NCBI RefSeq assembly: GCF_009914755.1
Contig: NC_060925.1
DNA length: 64,000 nt
DNA from: the human T2T-CHM13v2.0 reference genome, Homo sapiens
Direction: 5' to 3' (one strand)
In this document: one piece after another, positions 14,226-31,888 of the stretch
Layout of the letters: every line of letters starts with the position of its first letter
How positions within the stretch are numbered: position 1 is the stretch's first letter
The notes under the pieces: model-generated
Told to the model about the DNA's origin: nothing
Databases searched by the model: none
What the model saw: the letters and a program-made list of their open reading frames with translations, nothing else
Translations under genes and position numbers: made by a program

Positions 14226-14524
14226 TTTTTTTATTATTATTATACTTTAAGTTCTGGATACATGTGCAGAATGTGCAGGTTTGTTACACAGGTGTACATG
14301 TGCCATGGTGGTTTGCTGCACCCATCAACCTGTCATCTACATTAGGTATTTCTCCTAATGCTATTCCTCCCCTAGCCCCCCACCCCCTGACAGGCCCCAG
14401 TGTGTGATGTTTCCCTCCCTGTGCCCATATGTTCTCACTGTTCAACTCCCACTTATGAGTGAGAACATGCAGTGTTTGGTTTTCTGTTCCTGTGGTAGCT
14501 TGCTGAGAATGATGGTTTCCAGCT

Positions 14525-18538
<4,014 letters not shown>

Positions 18539-18599
18539 TATGATGCTAGCTAGTTATTTTGCCCATTAGTTGATGCAGTTTCTTCATAGTGTCAATGGT

Positions 18600-19622
18600 C
18601 TTTATGTTTTGGTTTGTTTTTGCAGTGGCTGGTACTGGTTTTTCCTTTCCATATTTACTGCTTCCTTCAGGAGCTCTTGTAAGGCAGGCCTGGTGGTGAC
18701 AAAATCCCTCAGCATTTGATTGTCTGTAAAGGATTTTATTTCTCCTTCACTTATGAAGCTTAGTTTGGCTAGATATGAAATTCTGTGTTGATATTCTTTT
18801 ATTTAAGAATGTTGAATATTGACCCCCACTCGCTTGTGGCTTGTAAGGTTTCTGCAGAGAGATCTGCTGTTAGTCTGATAGGCTTCCCTTTGTGGGTAAC
18901 CTGACATTACTCCCTGGCTGCCCTTAACATTTTTTCCTTTATTTCAACCTTGGTGAATCTAATGATTATGTGTCTTGGGGTTGCTATTCTTGAGGAGTAT
19001 CTTTGTGGTGTTCTCTGTATTTTCTGAATTTGCATGTTGGCCTGCCTTGCTAGGTTGGGGAAGTTCTCCTGGATAATATCCTGAAGTATGTTTTCCAGCT
19101 TGTTTCCATTCTCCTCATCTCCTTCTGGTACTCCAATCAAACGTAGGTTTGGTCTTTTCTCATAGTCTCATATTTCTTGGAGGCTTTGTTTATTCCTTTT
19201 CGTTCTTTTTTTCTCTAATCTTGTCTTCATGCTTTATTTCATTAAGTTGATCTTCAATCTCTGATATCCTTTCTTTCAGTTGATGGATTCGTCTATTGAT
19301 ACTTGTGTATGTTTCACAAAATCCTCATGCTGTGTTTTTCAGCTCTATCAGGTCATTTATGTTGTTCTCTAAACTGGTTATTCTAGTTAGCAATTCCTCT
19401 AACCTTTTATCAATGTTCTTAGCTTCCTTGCATTGGGTTAGAACATAGAAACTCAGAGGAGTTTGTTATTACCCACCTTTTGAAGCCTACTTCTGTCAAT
19501 TTGTCAAACTCATTCTCCCTCCAGTTTTGTTCCCTTGCTGGTGAGGAGTTGTGATCCTTTGGAGAAGAAGAAGTATTCTGGTTTTTGAAATTTTCAGCCT
19601 TTTTGCGCTGGTTTTTCATCAT
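18600..19622 (-). pseudogene. Disrupted L1 ORF1
   Basis: LENILQDIIQENFPNLARQAN and NTSSSPKDHNSSPAREQNW remnants. Confidence 0.9.
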
Positions 19623-21249
19623 CTTCGTGGATTTATCTACCTTTGGTTTTCGCTGTTGGTGACCTTTGGATGGGGTTTTTGCATGGTTGTCTTTTTTGTT
19701 GATGTTGATGCTATTGCTTTCTGTTTGTTAGTTTTCCTTATAACGGTCAAGTCCCTCTTCTGCAGGTCTGCTGGAGTTTGCTGAGGGGTCCACTCTAGAC
19801 CCTGTTTGCCTGGGTATTACCAGTGGAATCTGCAGAACAGCAGATTGTTGCCTGCTCCTTCCTCTGGAAGCTTCATCCCAGAGGGGCACCTGCCAGATGC
19901 CAGCCAGAGCTCTCCTGAATAAGGTGTCTGTTGACTCCCTGCTGGGAGGTGTCTCCCCATCAGGAGGCACGGGTGTCAGGGACCCACTTGAGGAAGCAGT
20001 CTGTTCCTTAGCAGAGCTCGAGTGCTGTGCTGGGAGATCCACTGCACAATACTAACACACACACAATACTGGGTGGCTGTTTGGGCAGACACTGAGCTAA
20101 CTGCAGGAGTTTTTTTTCGTACTCCAGTGGCACCTGGAATGCCAGCAAGACAGAACCAGTCACTCCCCTGGAAAGGGGGCTGAAGCCAGGGAGCGAGGTG
20201 GTCTTGCTCAGTGGATCATCTAACAATAGTTAGATGATGATTTGGGTTATTTTCATAGCACTAGACTTAAATGGGTGGTTTGAGGTTATCTAGACATATT
20301 TGCTTTAGGGATGTTTGCATAGGAATCTTCAATGCTATAATGCAATCTGTTTCATGTTATTGAAATTTACCCATATATCTCACAATTTCAATAAAAATAA
20401 ATTCTTTTATATAAAATGACTCTACAGCTTATAAATGGCATGACCTTGAGCAATACTACCTACCTCCCAGAAGGTGAAAACTAAATAATATAACATATAA
20501 ATTATTTATTATGGTGTCTGGCTCATAGAAAGCACTCAGTAAGTGAAACTGAATCCCTTGTTTTCTGGGGATTGTGGCTTAAGTTCCAATGTTGAAGACA
20601 GTGGGAGATGGGAGCACTCGCATTGTTAGAAGGTAAAAATAATGGAAGTTGTATATTTTCTCTCTATAAACTCTCATGGCTTATTATGAATGATAGAACT
20701 GCTCTTGTCCCTCCCCATATGTCACCCCAACTTACTGACCTTCCTGGGTTCTCCAACCAATATGAGCAAAAGATGAAGAGTTAAGGAAGTCAACTCAGAG
20801 TGTCGTGATTCAAACAAAGCAGAGCTAACCCACCAGCTGCAGGAAAACAAACCAGTTGCAGGTACTGTTCTTATTAAAATACAGGCCAAAAGAATAGAAA
20901 TTCTCTGCTTTCCTATTAATCTTAATTCTATTCATCCTAATATCCGTCATGTTTCCCAATTTATAATGCAACATTTATACTCTAACATTAAGTAACAGTG
21001 TTTTCTGAGCATAGTTTGCAGTTTTCAAATAGTTATATAGTGCTTTGTAGTTTAGAAATCACTTTAGCCTATATAATCTTAGTGAATCGGCCTAACATTT
21101 GATACAATGTGCTGGAGAGAAAAGTGACAGTTTTTCCTGTTTTCCATGGAAGAAAGCAAGTTTCTAAGATGTTAAATGACTTGTTGAAGTCATGCAACTA
21201 GAACTAGGCTGGACCAGCATCCTTCATCTGACATTTAGCATATGCATTA

Positions 21250-21930
21250 AATATGCTGCTATGCCATGTGCTCTTTAATACAATGGAGATATAGCAGTCA
21301 ATATGACATATAAAGCACTATCTCTCTTGGAGCTTACATTCTAATAGGGGTTGTCTGATAAAAGATAATTAGTTAAACAAGATTGTCTCAGTTAGTTGTA
21401 AGTTCAATGAAGGAAAAATATCAATGTACAGTGTAGAGAGTGACTGGGCGGTAGGGGTGGGAGGTCACTTGGGGCTCAGTGGTTAGGCGATTACACTTAA
21501 CAATGGACATTAATGAGAAAGTGCAAGCCGTGCACAATATCTAGGAGAATTATATTTCAGGCAGCAGGTACAGCAAAGTATAATAGACTTGACATGAGCT
21601 TTCACTTTGCAGGCAACGGAATGTGGCTGAGCTTTAGTAAGTGAGAGGAAGAGTGTGAGGGAAGATTTAGGAGAGGTAAGCAACGACCAGATCCTGTGGT
21701 GCCTTAAATACCATGGGAAGGAGTTCGCATTTTTTTGTTTTTTTACTATTAGTGAGATGGGAAGCCACTGGAGGGTTTTAAATAGGAGTGATTTGCGTTT
21801 TTAAAAGTCCTTCTTGCTGTTGTGTGTAGACTTGTCTCCTTGGAAGGGAACAAGCATGTGGGTCAAGGGAAATATTCCAGAAGGTTTCTAGGCAAGGGGT
21901 AGCCCTGAGTTCAGGTGGTGGCAGTCAGAC
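21250..21930 (-). mobile_element. L2 fragment
   Basis: GGAGCTTACATTCTA, GGGAAGCCACTGGAGGGTTTTAAATAGGAGTGA L2 motifs. Confidence 0.7.
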
Positions 21931-22139
21931 TTCCTGAGTGATTGGATGCAGGACTGAAAACTGTGGTGTTGGATTAGAAACCTACTGCACCCTTCATTAT
22001 GACACATCAAACTTCAAAGGTTCCAAATGTGTCTCCCAGCTCTGGGAGGATCTTGGCAGCACAGCCCTGTCTTCCCTTCACTCATGTACACCAGTCACTC
22101 TCAACCTTCCATCAACTCTCAGAACCCACCAAGCTCATT

Positions 22140-22430
22140 CCTTTAAACCAAACACTCCACTTTCCCCTGTTCTCAGTGTTGTCTTCGCATCCTTCAGTTT
22201 CAAGGCACACATAACCCCCTCAGAGACCTTCCCTGACTTCCCTAGAGAATTATATAGCCTCTTCTGCTCTCCTTTATCCCTGCTCATACTTCCTGTCAAT
22301 TATTATAGGGTGTAACTGTTTATCTATTTGTTTGTCTGTCTGCACTAGAATGTGAGCTTCTTGACAAAGACTGTGACTTCCTTGTTCATAGTTATGCTCC
22401 CAGGGTACTTAGTTATGTTCCCAGCTCATA
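22140..22430 (+). mobile_element. L2 3' fragment
   Basis: CTCAGAGACCTTCCCTGAC, CACTAGAATGTGAGCTTCTTGA. Confidence 0.6.
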
Positions 22431-22449
22431 GGGTACCCAATACACAGTA

Positions 22450-22700
22450 ATAGCTACACTTTGAAGTATTAAACACATGACAAAGAGTATCCTAAGCACT
22501 TTACATACATTAATCTATTTAATCCTTCCAACAGTTATGAGAGGTGGAGTCTATTACCATTTACCTTTAATGGATGAGAAAGTTATAAAGAATTAAAGGC
22601 ACTTGCCCAGGTTCTAAAACTAGTGAACAGATGAAATGAGGGTGTACATCCAGGCAGCCTCTCTCCCAAGTCTGTGTTCCTGACCACTACCTTGTCCTGC
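22450..22700 (-). mobile_element. MIR
   Basis: CTAAGCACTTTACATACATTAATCTATTTAATCCT...ACTTGCCCAGGTT. Confidence 0.7.
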
Positions 22701-25624
22701 CTTCAAAATCATAGATGAACCAATAATGATGGTACTTAATCCTCTGCTTAGCTCTAAATGATGCTCTTAACAATTTTTCACTTGACTAAAGTCTGTCATT
22801 ATGGATGAATAATTACAAAACCTGAACAGCTTCTAGCTTCATCTATCCCTTATTTAAATGACTCAGTAAAGAAGATGTCACTTTCCAGCTTCCACCGGCT
22901 AAGGTCGGGTTTCTTTCATTCTCTTTTTTCCCTCCCAAATAATGGAGGAATGATTTTGCTCCTACGGCTTTTCACCCCCTGGTTTCTATAGATCATGTGA
23001 TGTTTTGCATTTTATTGAGTTCTGCTACTTCTAAGCTGCTAAATTCACTGCTGAACTCATCTCCTAAATTATTTGACTAGTTCTTGAGCAATTAATAAAA
23101 GCAACCTTTAAAAATATTTACAAGACAGTTTTCTCCACAGCTTGCTGTTTACAGACTGATTTACGTGTACAGGCATTACTAGGTGGATCAAAGCCAGGAT
23201 TTTCTCCTTTCTGTGGTCTCAGCACCCAGCACAGTTCTGAGCACATAGTGGGAACTCAATGTCTATTTGTTCAATGAATAATGAACACAGCATATGAAAC
23301 ATTTCAGATAATTGTGGTCATATGACTATTTGGTGAAATCATACAAAATGCATTCAACTGAGGGTCTGCTCAGACTCTGGCTGGTAGAGAAACAGCAGCA
23401 CTGAGCACTGGTGGCAGGTGGAGAGTGAGGTCCCGATTTTGCTCATGCAGGTCCACCAACACCATGTTTCCTTCCTGACTCTCTGGTCCTCCACCTTTGC
23501 CCATTCCATAGCTGATCTTCCACTCAGCCCCTCCAGCCTGAGTCATGGTATGACCTACTTTCCAGGGTCTGTGCCTTTCTCCTGGTTCCCAGACTCTGAC
23601 AGGCATTCTCTTTCCTGGCACTGAGCTTCTGTGGACAGATATCTGGTAGCAACCTCATCTTGGCATGCCCTGGGTAAATTTCATCCTCCACGCCAACTCC
23701 ACCCCCATGTCTCTCCCCTCCCCCAAATTACTAACTGCCATCTCTGATGGGTCTTGTCCCAGGTTGGAATGACCTATTTTAAATTCATCTTGCTCTTAGA
23801 ACTCCTTTGGTTGCTTGAACTTCTTGCTTTTTTATACCTCTTTTGGTAACCTCATTTATCCCCCCTTTTAAAAAAATCTCTAGTTTCATCAAAAGTCTTG
23901 CCTGTTTCAAAATATATTCAGCCATTCTGAGGACAAACACCAATGTCTCTTTGCTCCTTGACAAGCACATCTTACCTGCAATACACTTGCTCTGTGCTAA
24001 GAGTTGTACACACTGCTAGGCACAAAACTGTGATAACTGGGTTGTCATCCTTGTATTCCAGTGAGACAATAAACAGCAACAAGTATAAACAATATACAGC
24101 AATGAATGTCCTCTAATTTTCACGATAGTCACATTCCAGAGGTGGTTCCTATTTGTATTTTCATTTCTTTGTTCTGCCAACTCTCCAGTGTCTCTTTTCT
24201 TCAGACAATATTGCAAGTACAGTGGTATACAGTGTGGAAAAATTTGCCTTGTGTGTTTCCAGCATCAGAATAAAAGTCAATGGCATTTTCTACTGAGGAA
24301 AATCAGCTTTTAATTATCTTTGTTTGGATTTTTTGCTGTTTGTTTGTTCTGGATTTCCTGCTCCAAAACTCAACATCTCTAAATGCTATCAACTTCTTCA
24401 GCCTGGTTAATTTTTATTTCAACAGTGAAAATAAATTCTAATATTAAGCAGGTAGATTATAGCAAAATGAATTTCAGAGAAACAGATGGAAAAGTGAGGA
24501 AAATTCTGAGACCCTTCACTTTTATAGTTGTGGTGGTAACAATAATGTAATGATGATGATGATAATGATGAGTTGGTCAAATGACATTTCAAGGCAGATT
24601 CCTCTCTTTATTTTTTTTAATAACATCCAGCTGAGCCTGGCACACTTTTGGAAATTTCTTTTGAATTAATTCAGAGACCATAATTTTCTCCTAAAGTGGA
24701 ACAGTCATTTGGAATAAGGCCATTTCATAACATTGCAAGGTTGAAAGAAATCTTAAAGTTTATCTCATACAAGCACCATCAATTGTTCTGGTGTCCTCTC
24801 TAACATTCCTGCCAAGAGGAGGGTTTGGCCACTGATGGAATACTTAGAGGAAGGTCTGTTCTCTGAAGCATTAGGAGGTCCTCTCTTTGATCGTTGATCA
24901 TCTTTCTTCTCATTCCTATTGCAATTGTACTTTTACTGTGGTTGGTTGGCTGTACGCTCCAAGGAGGTTGGGGGTAAGAATTCTAAGACAGACCATCCCA
25001 GTCCAGTTGCATAAAAGCAGTTTGCTATGCTGGAATTAAACCAGCATAGACACCATTCATCTTAATAGAAATCTTTCTGAGTTTGAATCTTATCTACATG
25101 AGCCAGTGAGAACATCAATTGCCTCTTGTAAGTTAACAACTTTGCATACTTTAGAAGCGATACACCTAAATAAAAAAGAATTCTCTTCCAGTAGTTTGTG
25201 GTAGAGCCAGTAGGAGCAGTAGTGCATACCATGTACAGAAGGGATTTACTGGATTTCAGAACAAGTTTCCTTGTTGCTTATTGTTTATTGCATTAGTCTG
25301 AGCCCCTCTACTGTCCCAGTACTAACCCTGACTAATGTTAACCATTAGGCAAGGTATAACTTCTTTCCTTTCCTCAGCAATAGCTCACGCTTAATAACTG
25401 CCTTGACAAATAACTGTTCTAGTGTACTGATCTCTAAAAGGAATGGATAACTTTCTCATATTTTCTTTTACGCTCTGTTATTTCTCACACAATTAACTTT
25501 TAAAAGCTGACCCCACCTGTATCAGGACTGTAGTCATTTTGGGAATAATATGTTGCATTTATAAAACATATCTTGATGTGAAATAAATCCTTTCTCTCTT
25601 CCTGTTTTATATTTCACCGGTCAG

Positions 25625-25636
25625 AATTATAAAGAG
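25625..25636 (+). other. Candidate 12-nt microexon (AATTATAAAGAG) of an unidentified gene
   Basis: AG-free zone 25534-25622, pyrimidine tract, CAG acceptor, AG|GTAGGA donor, length divisible by 3. Confidence 0.45.
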
Positions 25637-28103
25637 GTAGGACTGAGCAGTAAGAACACTGATTAATGAACAGCCACTGAATACATCTTTGGAAGAATTG
25701 GGTCTGGGAACTCGTAGCAACTCATGGCAGAGTAATTCTGTTTGGTGGTCTTTGAGCAGGACCACAGAACCACAGGCTTTGCAGAACCTTAGACGACGTG
25801 AGTGATCAAAAGCCTCATGACTCATTCAGGGGTGAGCTGAGTGGGGTGAGCTGGCAGGAGAGAACTTTTAAAGAGAGGCTAAAATGTAGCCGAATGACTA
25901 GCTGACTGGGTGGTGCTAGGAAACTCGTTGCCTTTTGTATATTGACCTGAACAAAAAAAAATAGGGGTTTGCTTGGTAAAAAGGCCGTAGGCATTAAGTT
26001 TAGGTGCAGGATTGGATACATCTGCAAGATGTCTTACTGGGCCTGCAATTAGTAAGAAAGATATTAACATGCATGAGGCAGATTCATCTATTTATTCCAC
26101 ACCTTCTATGAGAGTCCAAACTTTAAAACTTTGGTCTGAATTTTTCAGCTGGGAAGATTTGAAATGATTCACCTATTCATTGATGTGAATTCTCCTTGGG
26201 GTGATAAAATGTGGCTACCATGGAAATGACTTAATTTTGTCAGACCCATAAGTTTCTGAACCTTCCAAAAAGTGATTTCTATAGACAAAAAATGGTCTAT
26301 GAGTGTGTGCTTTGACTCCATATCACCATGAGGAATTATGGTATAATTATATTTCAAATAATATCAGTCTGTAAGTGAAATGAAATCTATTAAAAAATGT
26401 TACATTATAAGTGACAATTCACTGATAATCCTTCCAGAAGATCAAAAGCAGAATTCAGACATTTATAGCTGTATGAATATATGTATCTGTATAAATTCCA
26501 GAAATATGTAAATTGTGAGTGCATATATATAGTTGTGTAGAATTTATATAAATTTTTGAAAAAATTCTATATGTGTTTATGTAGATTAAGATCAAGATCA
26601 CAGTCCAGATATGCTTTATTATTTTTTGACTGCTTGGGCTATAAGGGCTTAAGGAGAGGTAGGAAGAGAGGCTTTTCTATGAAAAAAGACTGTTCTCATG
26701 CCATTTTCAGTCTGGGTGGAATTCAAAAGTATTAGAGTTTTCACAAACAGCCTTCTTCTCAAAGGTTTTTTGGCCAAGTTTTGATACCCCAAGAGGCTGA
26801 GGAAAATATCTGGCCTTCTGAGCACATACCACACTGTCCAAACCTTTTTAGCCTGACCCGTCACAGGCAATGGCAGCAACAAAATAGGCAGCATCTTAAG
26901 CAAACAAGACAGCTAGACTTTAAGACAGGCAGCCTTAAATTTGTGTTCTTGTAAGAAACGTTCAATTCAAAAATGTTTTCTTTTAACAGAGTTAAAAATA
27001 GTTGAAACTGAAATAGCTCATCCTATGAAACACTTAAGAGTAAAATGTGTGTTTTACTTTATTTTCTTTCTTTCCTGAAAAAATGTGTTGCATTAGACAA
27101 ATCAGGCCACTGCAGCCAGGATGGAATGTTAACCATGCCACTGGATGGCAAATTGGAGGGGCACATGCCTTTCATCTTAATTATAGGCTGGACAGGGGAA
27201 TGCACTATAGTCTCTGCTACATATAAGCAGGAGAAAACTTTCCCAGGGTATTTTTCTTTTGCATTTCTGACTCTTATTGGATTGGAAACTTGTCCATGTG
27301 ACCCAGCAGGGTCCACTTTCCTTAATAAGGTTAAAAATATGCCAGAAATGCTTTCCTTAGCACAGCCTATGAGTGTCAAATGTGAAGGTGACAGCACTCC
27401 CTTTCCTTTTGATTCTATTTCACATTTTCTTGGAGAAAGTCCCACTGTTATCCTACAATTCTCTTCCAATGTTACCCTTCTGATAGGGTCCATAAACTAG
27501 AGTGTCATCTGAGATGGAATAATTGTAGAGATTCATTTTGTGTCACTGTAAAATACAGATTTTGTTCTTTTTTTATGACTCTAATGACTCACCTTCACTA
27601 AATCACAGCCCTTGAGATGTTTTTCCTGTAATGGGAATGCATTGACGCTGAGTCATCCATACTCTTAATCAGGGTCCCTTATGACCAGGAATTGCATCTA
27701 GAATTGGGAGTAGTCTATAACTGCAACAGAGTCTATCTAATGGGCTTTTAAAAGGGTAATGAAGTGATCAAGAGTATCTACTTTAGTTAAGAAGAATTGG
27801 TGTTAAATTTGGGGATTGCCATTGGATCTTTGGTAGACTTTTTATTTTCAAATCTCCCCTTCATCTTGCAAGTTGGTTACATAAAGTTGTTGCAAGGATT
27901 AAATGCAATAATGCATCAGATGTATTTAACAGAGTGCTGAGGTTATTTTAAGGAGAATGCCTTAACCTTATTCTCATTTCTAATCAATTGAACCAAGTAG
28001 CTGTAGAAAGATTACATAATTCCATGGGTAAAAATGCTCTCAGTATGATTAAAAATATTCTCTCCTGATTTCTAAACACTACTATCATCCAAACCTTTGA
28101 GAC

Positions 28104-28325
28104 CAGTGGGTCTCAAATAGGGATAAATTTTGCTCCCCCAGCAGACATTTGCCAACAGCTAGAAACATTTTTTGCTGTCATCCCTTCAGGGCAGTGGATG
28201 TATCTGACACCTAGTGAATACAGGCCACGGATGTTGCAAAACATTCTATTATATAGAAGGCAGTCCCCGACAACAAAGAATAATCTGGATTAAAATGCAG
28301 ATAGTGCAGAGTTTGAGAGACCCTG
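28104..28325 (+). mobile_element. MER20 (hAT-Charlie)
   Basis: Termini CAGTGGGTCTCAA ... TTGAGAGACCCTG; internal GGCCACGGATGTTGCAAAACATTCTA and ACAACAAAGAATAATCTGG. Confidence 0.9.
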
Positions 28326-29534
28326 GTTTAGAATAAAAGCTTTAGGGTCTATTGTTTGGTCTGAAAAGCTATCACAGCGGACATTCAAAGAAACAAACCT
28401 ATTACATTTTTCTCCATGCCTCATTTATTCTAGGAACAGTTTCTAGTGTCTACTGCATTTGGAACCCAGCATTGTTGGTGGTTCTGATAGGCTCTGGACT
28501 TGTGAAGCCAATGTGCTTCTGAAGAGGTCATGAAGCCATGTAATGGGTAAAGGACAGACAGAGGAATTAGTTAAACCCTTCTGATGGTAAATGAATGCCT
28601 TAAATCCTAGAGATTAAATATAAATTAGAAACAGTTTAGATGATTTAATACCATTGCTATGACTAAAAGAGAATTTTCCGAACTAAATTCATCTTCGTAA
28701 GAGGTTGATATTTTCACCGATTGACAAGCTTTAAGTAGGTTGTGGTGAGTGTAGAAACTGGCCTGTCTACAGACTAGCTGCTGCTTTTTCAAATCCAGGT
28801 GATGCCCAATGCCAGGTTTGAAGAATGCCAGATTCAAGGTTTACAAAAATAATATTCACTAAAAAAGATAAAATGGCTAATTATTATTGAATTTAAAATT
28901 AAAACTTTCCCAGTAAATTCAGGAAATTTACGAATTTCCCTGTTAATCAGTAAAATATTTTGTTTTAACCACCCATCTTTTAAATATCTAAAATTCACTT
29001 TTCTTTTAGGGAAGTATAATCTTCTTCTGTCAAATTGCAAACAAACTGGTTTCAGTATCGAGATCTACATTTACGTGTAGTCACATTCATCAGCTAATAA
29101 CAATTTGTAGTGTATGTTATTTCCCACATGTATGTAGTAAGTGTTTTCAGGGTTATTCTACTATTTGTTCCCTTCCCCTACTCTGAATGTATCTGTCATA
29201 ATTTGCTTTTGATGAATTTTTTTCTGATGTCCCCAGGATCAATAGGCCACTCAATTCACCACAACTAAATAAGGCAGTTTCATAATCAGAAAAATAAATG
29301 AGTCCAGACCTCTGTCATTTGAAGTCTATGTTTATGGTTCATGGCAAACCAAAAAGTTCTCAGCCACATATTATTCTATTCTTGGCAATGAGAAATTATT
29401 TTGCTCGTGTTGGCATGTTGCTCTGTTTAGATCCAACTTTTATTGGTACTAAAATTGTTGTGTTGTAATTGACTGATTGATTAAAACTAGAAAAAAAATT
29501 AGGAAAGCTTAGTGTAAAATATATATAAAGCTAC

Positions 29535-29990
29535 TTTTATTTTTTGTTATTTTAGCAGCTTTATTGAGGCATAATTTACATACTACACAATTCTCTTGTA
29601 AATGACCAATTCAGTGATATTTAATACATATACAAAGTTGGGCAAGCATCACTACAATCCAATTTTATAACTTTTCCATCATCCTCATGAAATCCCTGGT
29701 GCTCATTGCAGTCACTTCTTCCCACCACCAGTCCCAGGCAACCACTCAACTACCTTCTGTCTCTATAGATTTGCATTTTCCAGTTCACAGAACTGGAATC
29801 ATACACTATATAGTTTCTTAAATGTCTGGCTTCTTTCGATTAGTGTCTTGATTTTGAGGCTCATCTATGTTGCTGCATGTATCATCACTCCATTCTTTTT
29901 TTATTAATGGAAAATGTCCATTGTAATACCACATTTTACTTATCCATTCAAGTATGGATGGGTACTGGAGATGAAATTGTTTTGTAAAAT
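29535..29990 (-). mobile_element. L1MB-like 3' UTR fragment
   Basis: CAGCTTTATTGAGGCATAATTTACATAC, CCAGGCAACCACT, CTGTCTCTATAGATTTGC. Confidence 0.85.
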
Positions 29991-31872
29991 GTCTGCGATG
30001 GCAGCATGTCCTCATGATATTAAATGCACTGCCCTTTATTGTAACTGATAAGTTAGCTGGAGAGCATGGACAATGGAGAGTGTGCACAAGAAAGGGCATT
30101 GTCAAGGGAATCTACAGATTATGGTTTTACTCCCAGATGTGGACTAGATAAGTTCACTTAGTCCTTCAAAGTGTCCAATGACTTATTTATAAAAATGAAA
30201 GAACTGAACTTTGTAGTCCCTTTTTAATGCTATAATTCTACAATTTGGTCAAAATAACACTTTATTCCAAGTAACTGACATTACCTAGAAAGGTCTATAA
30301 TTAAAGTTAGAGCCCAGACAGGCACTTGATTAAATAGTAAAGTAAGCTGTTTCTTAGCAAAAATACCAAGAAGGAACCTGTGATCTGCGAAATCTGTCAT
30401 GCTCATAGCTCTGTTTTGAGAAACGGCCACTGGGCTCCTTCCACATCTGCTGATACTCTTATTGCCCCATGAGTTTACTGTCTTGATCACAGGTAATTAG
30501 ATGATTGGTCCAAGAATGCACCTGATACAAAGGCAGCAATAAATATTTTGGCCAGTGGCCCCCATATTCCATGAAATATCTCTTCTATACTATAAAGTAA
30601 ATGGCTGAGCCAATCCTTCTTGAGAAGTTTGGTAGGAGCAGAAGTCAGCAGATGGTAGAGTCATGGAGAAACCAAGAGAATCATAGGTCAAAGGCAATAA
30701 ATAGAAGAGATGAGGCATCAGAAACTACATGAAAACAGAAGCCATGGGGCAACAAAGGCCCAAGGTAACATTTAATTCAAGTAAGCAGAAACCCTGAGGT
30801 GCCAGCTAATGCTTAGTACAAAATGTCTGGCCACCAGTCACATATTCAGAAAAAAGCAACCCTTAGACAGACACATATATTAACATAAACATCAATTTTT
30901 TTAGATTGGGAAGTCATCATGGCTTTCTATTCATAGTATTAATAAAAGTTAAAGACTAGGAAAAGACAATAATGAACTTTTCTTAAATGGGATGTATTGT
31001 AGACAAATGCTACTTATACACCTATGAGCAAGTTTGATCCAGTGTCTCTGATGGTGTCTCTATACTATGCCTTGACTTTGGCTCTGGCCTCAAGGGCAGT
31101 GAAGTTTGAATTGTGTTAGCTAAAATGTAGTATCATCTCTGGGTGGTAAGTAACAGAACTTTCAATATCCCCTCTTGTTTCCCTTCCTTCTCCTTCTGCC
31201 CTTCTTCCTCCTCCACCTCCTCCTCTTCCTCTTTCTCCATGTTTGTGCCTTACATGTGGCTTTTTAGAATAGGAATATCTGAAAGAGACTAGCCATTACT
31301 AACACCATTTGCATTCGTGCCAACAGCCTGGCATGGTGCCTCACACATAGTAGGTACTCAATGAATATTTGTTCAGGTAGTGAGAATTTCTTTTTCAAAT
31401 ATATATAGTTCTTATTTCAAATATACATATTTCATAAAGTTAAGGCACTTGAAATAGTGAAGGTATTTTCTACATCTTAAAAAAAATGAAGAAATGTATG
31501 TGGGCTGGACATATTAAACATTCCCTGGAATATCCTGGCTCTATTACCTAAAGTCATCGCTGGTTCATGCATTCACCAGAGGTCAAGGCTTGGAGAATGC
31601 TGCTTTGAAGCTTCTCTGAATACGGGTGTAATTTCAAGTTACTAATAATTCAGGAACACTTGATCTCTTCCCTTATTCTTGCCCAGATGAGTCATTTTCT
31701 GGTAGTTTACCTTGAGCTTCTCCTATTTATACACACAGACTAGCTGGCATAGAAAATTGTGTGCATCTGTCTTTCATTTTGAAATATATGTCTATATGTA
31801 TTTGTTCTTCCTTACTATTTTTTTCTCTCAATTTTTCATTTCTCTAATCCCACTGTTTTTGCCTAAAACTAG

Positions 31873-31888
31873 GGAAGTTGCTTCCAGG
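31873..31888 (+). other. Candidate 16-nt microexon (GGAAGTTGCTTCCAGG) of an unidentified gene
   Basis: AG-free zone 31753-31870, long U/C tract, CTAAT branch-like motif, TGC 10 nt upstream of the TAG acceptor, consensus G|GTGAGT donor. Confidence 0.5.

Noticed and set aside
27045-27500. Overlapping 151-aa and 144-aa ORFs on opposite strands
   Set aside because: No recognisable motif or convincing donor site; compatible with chance.
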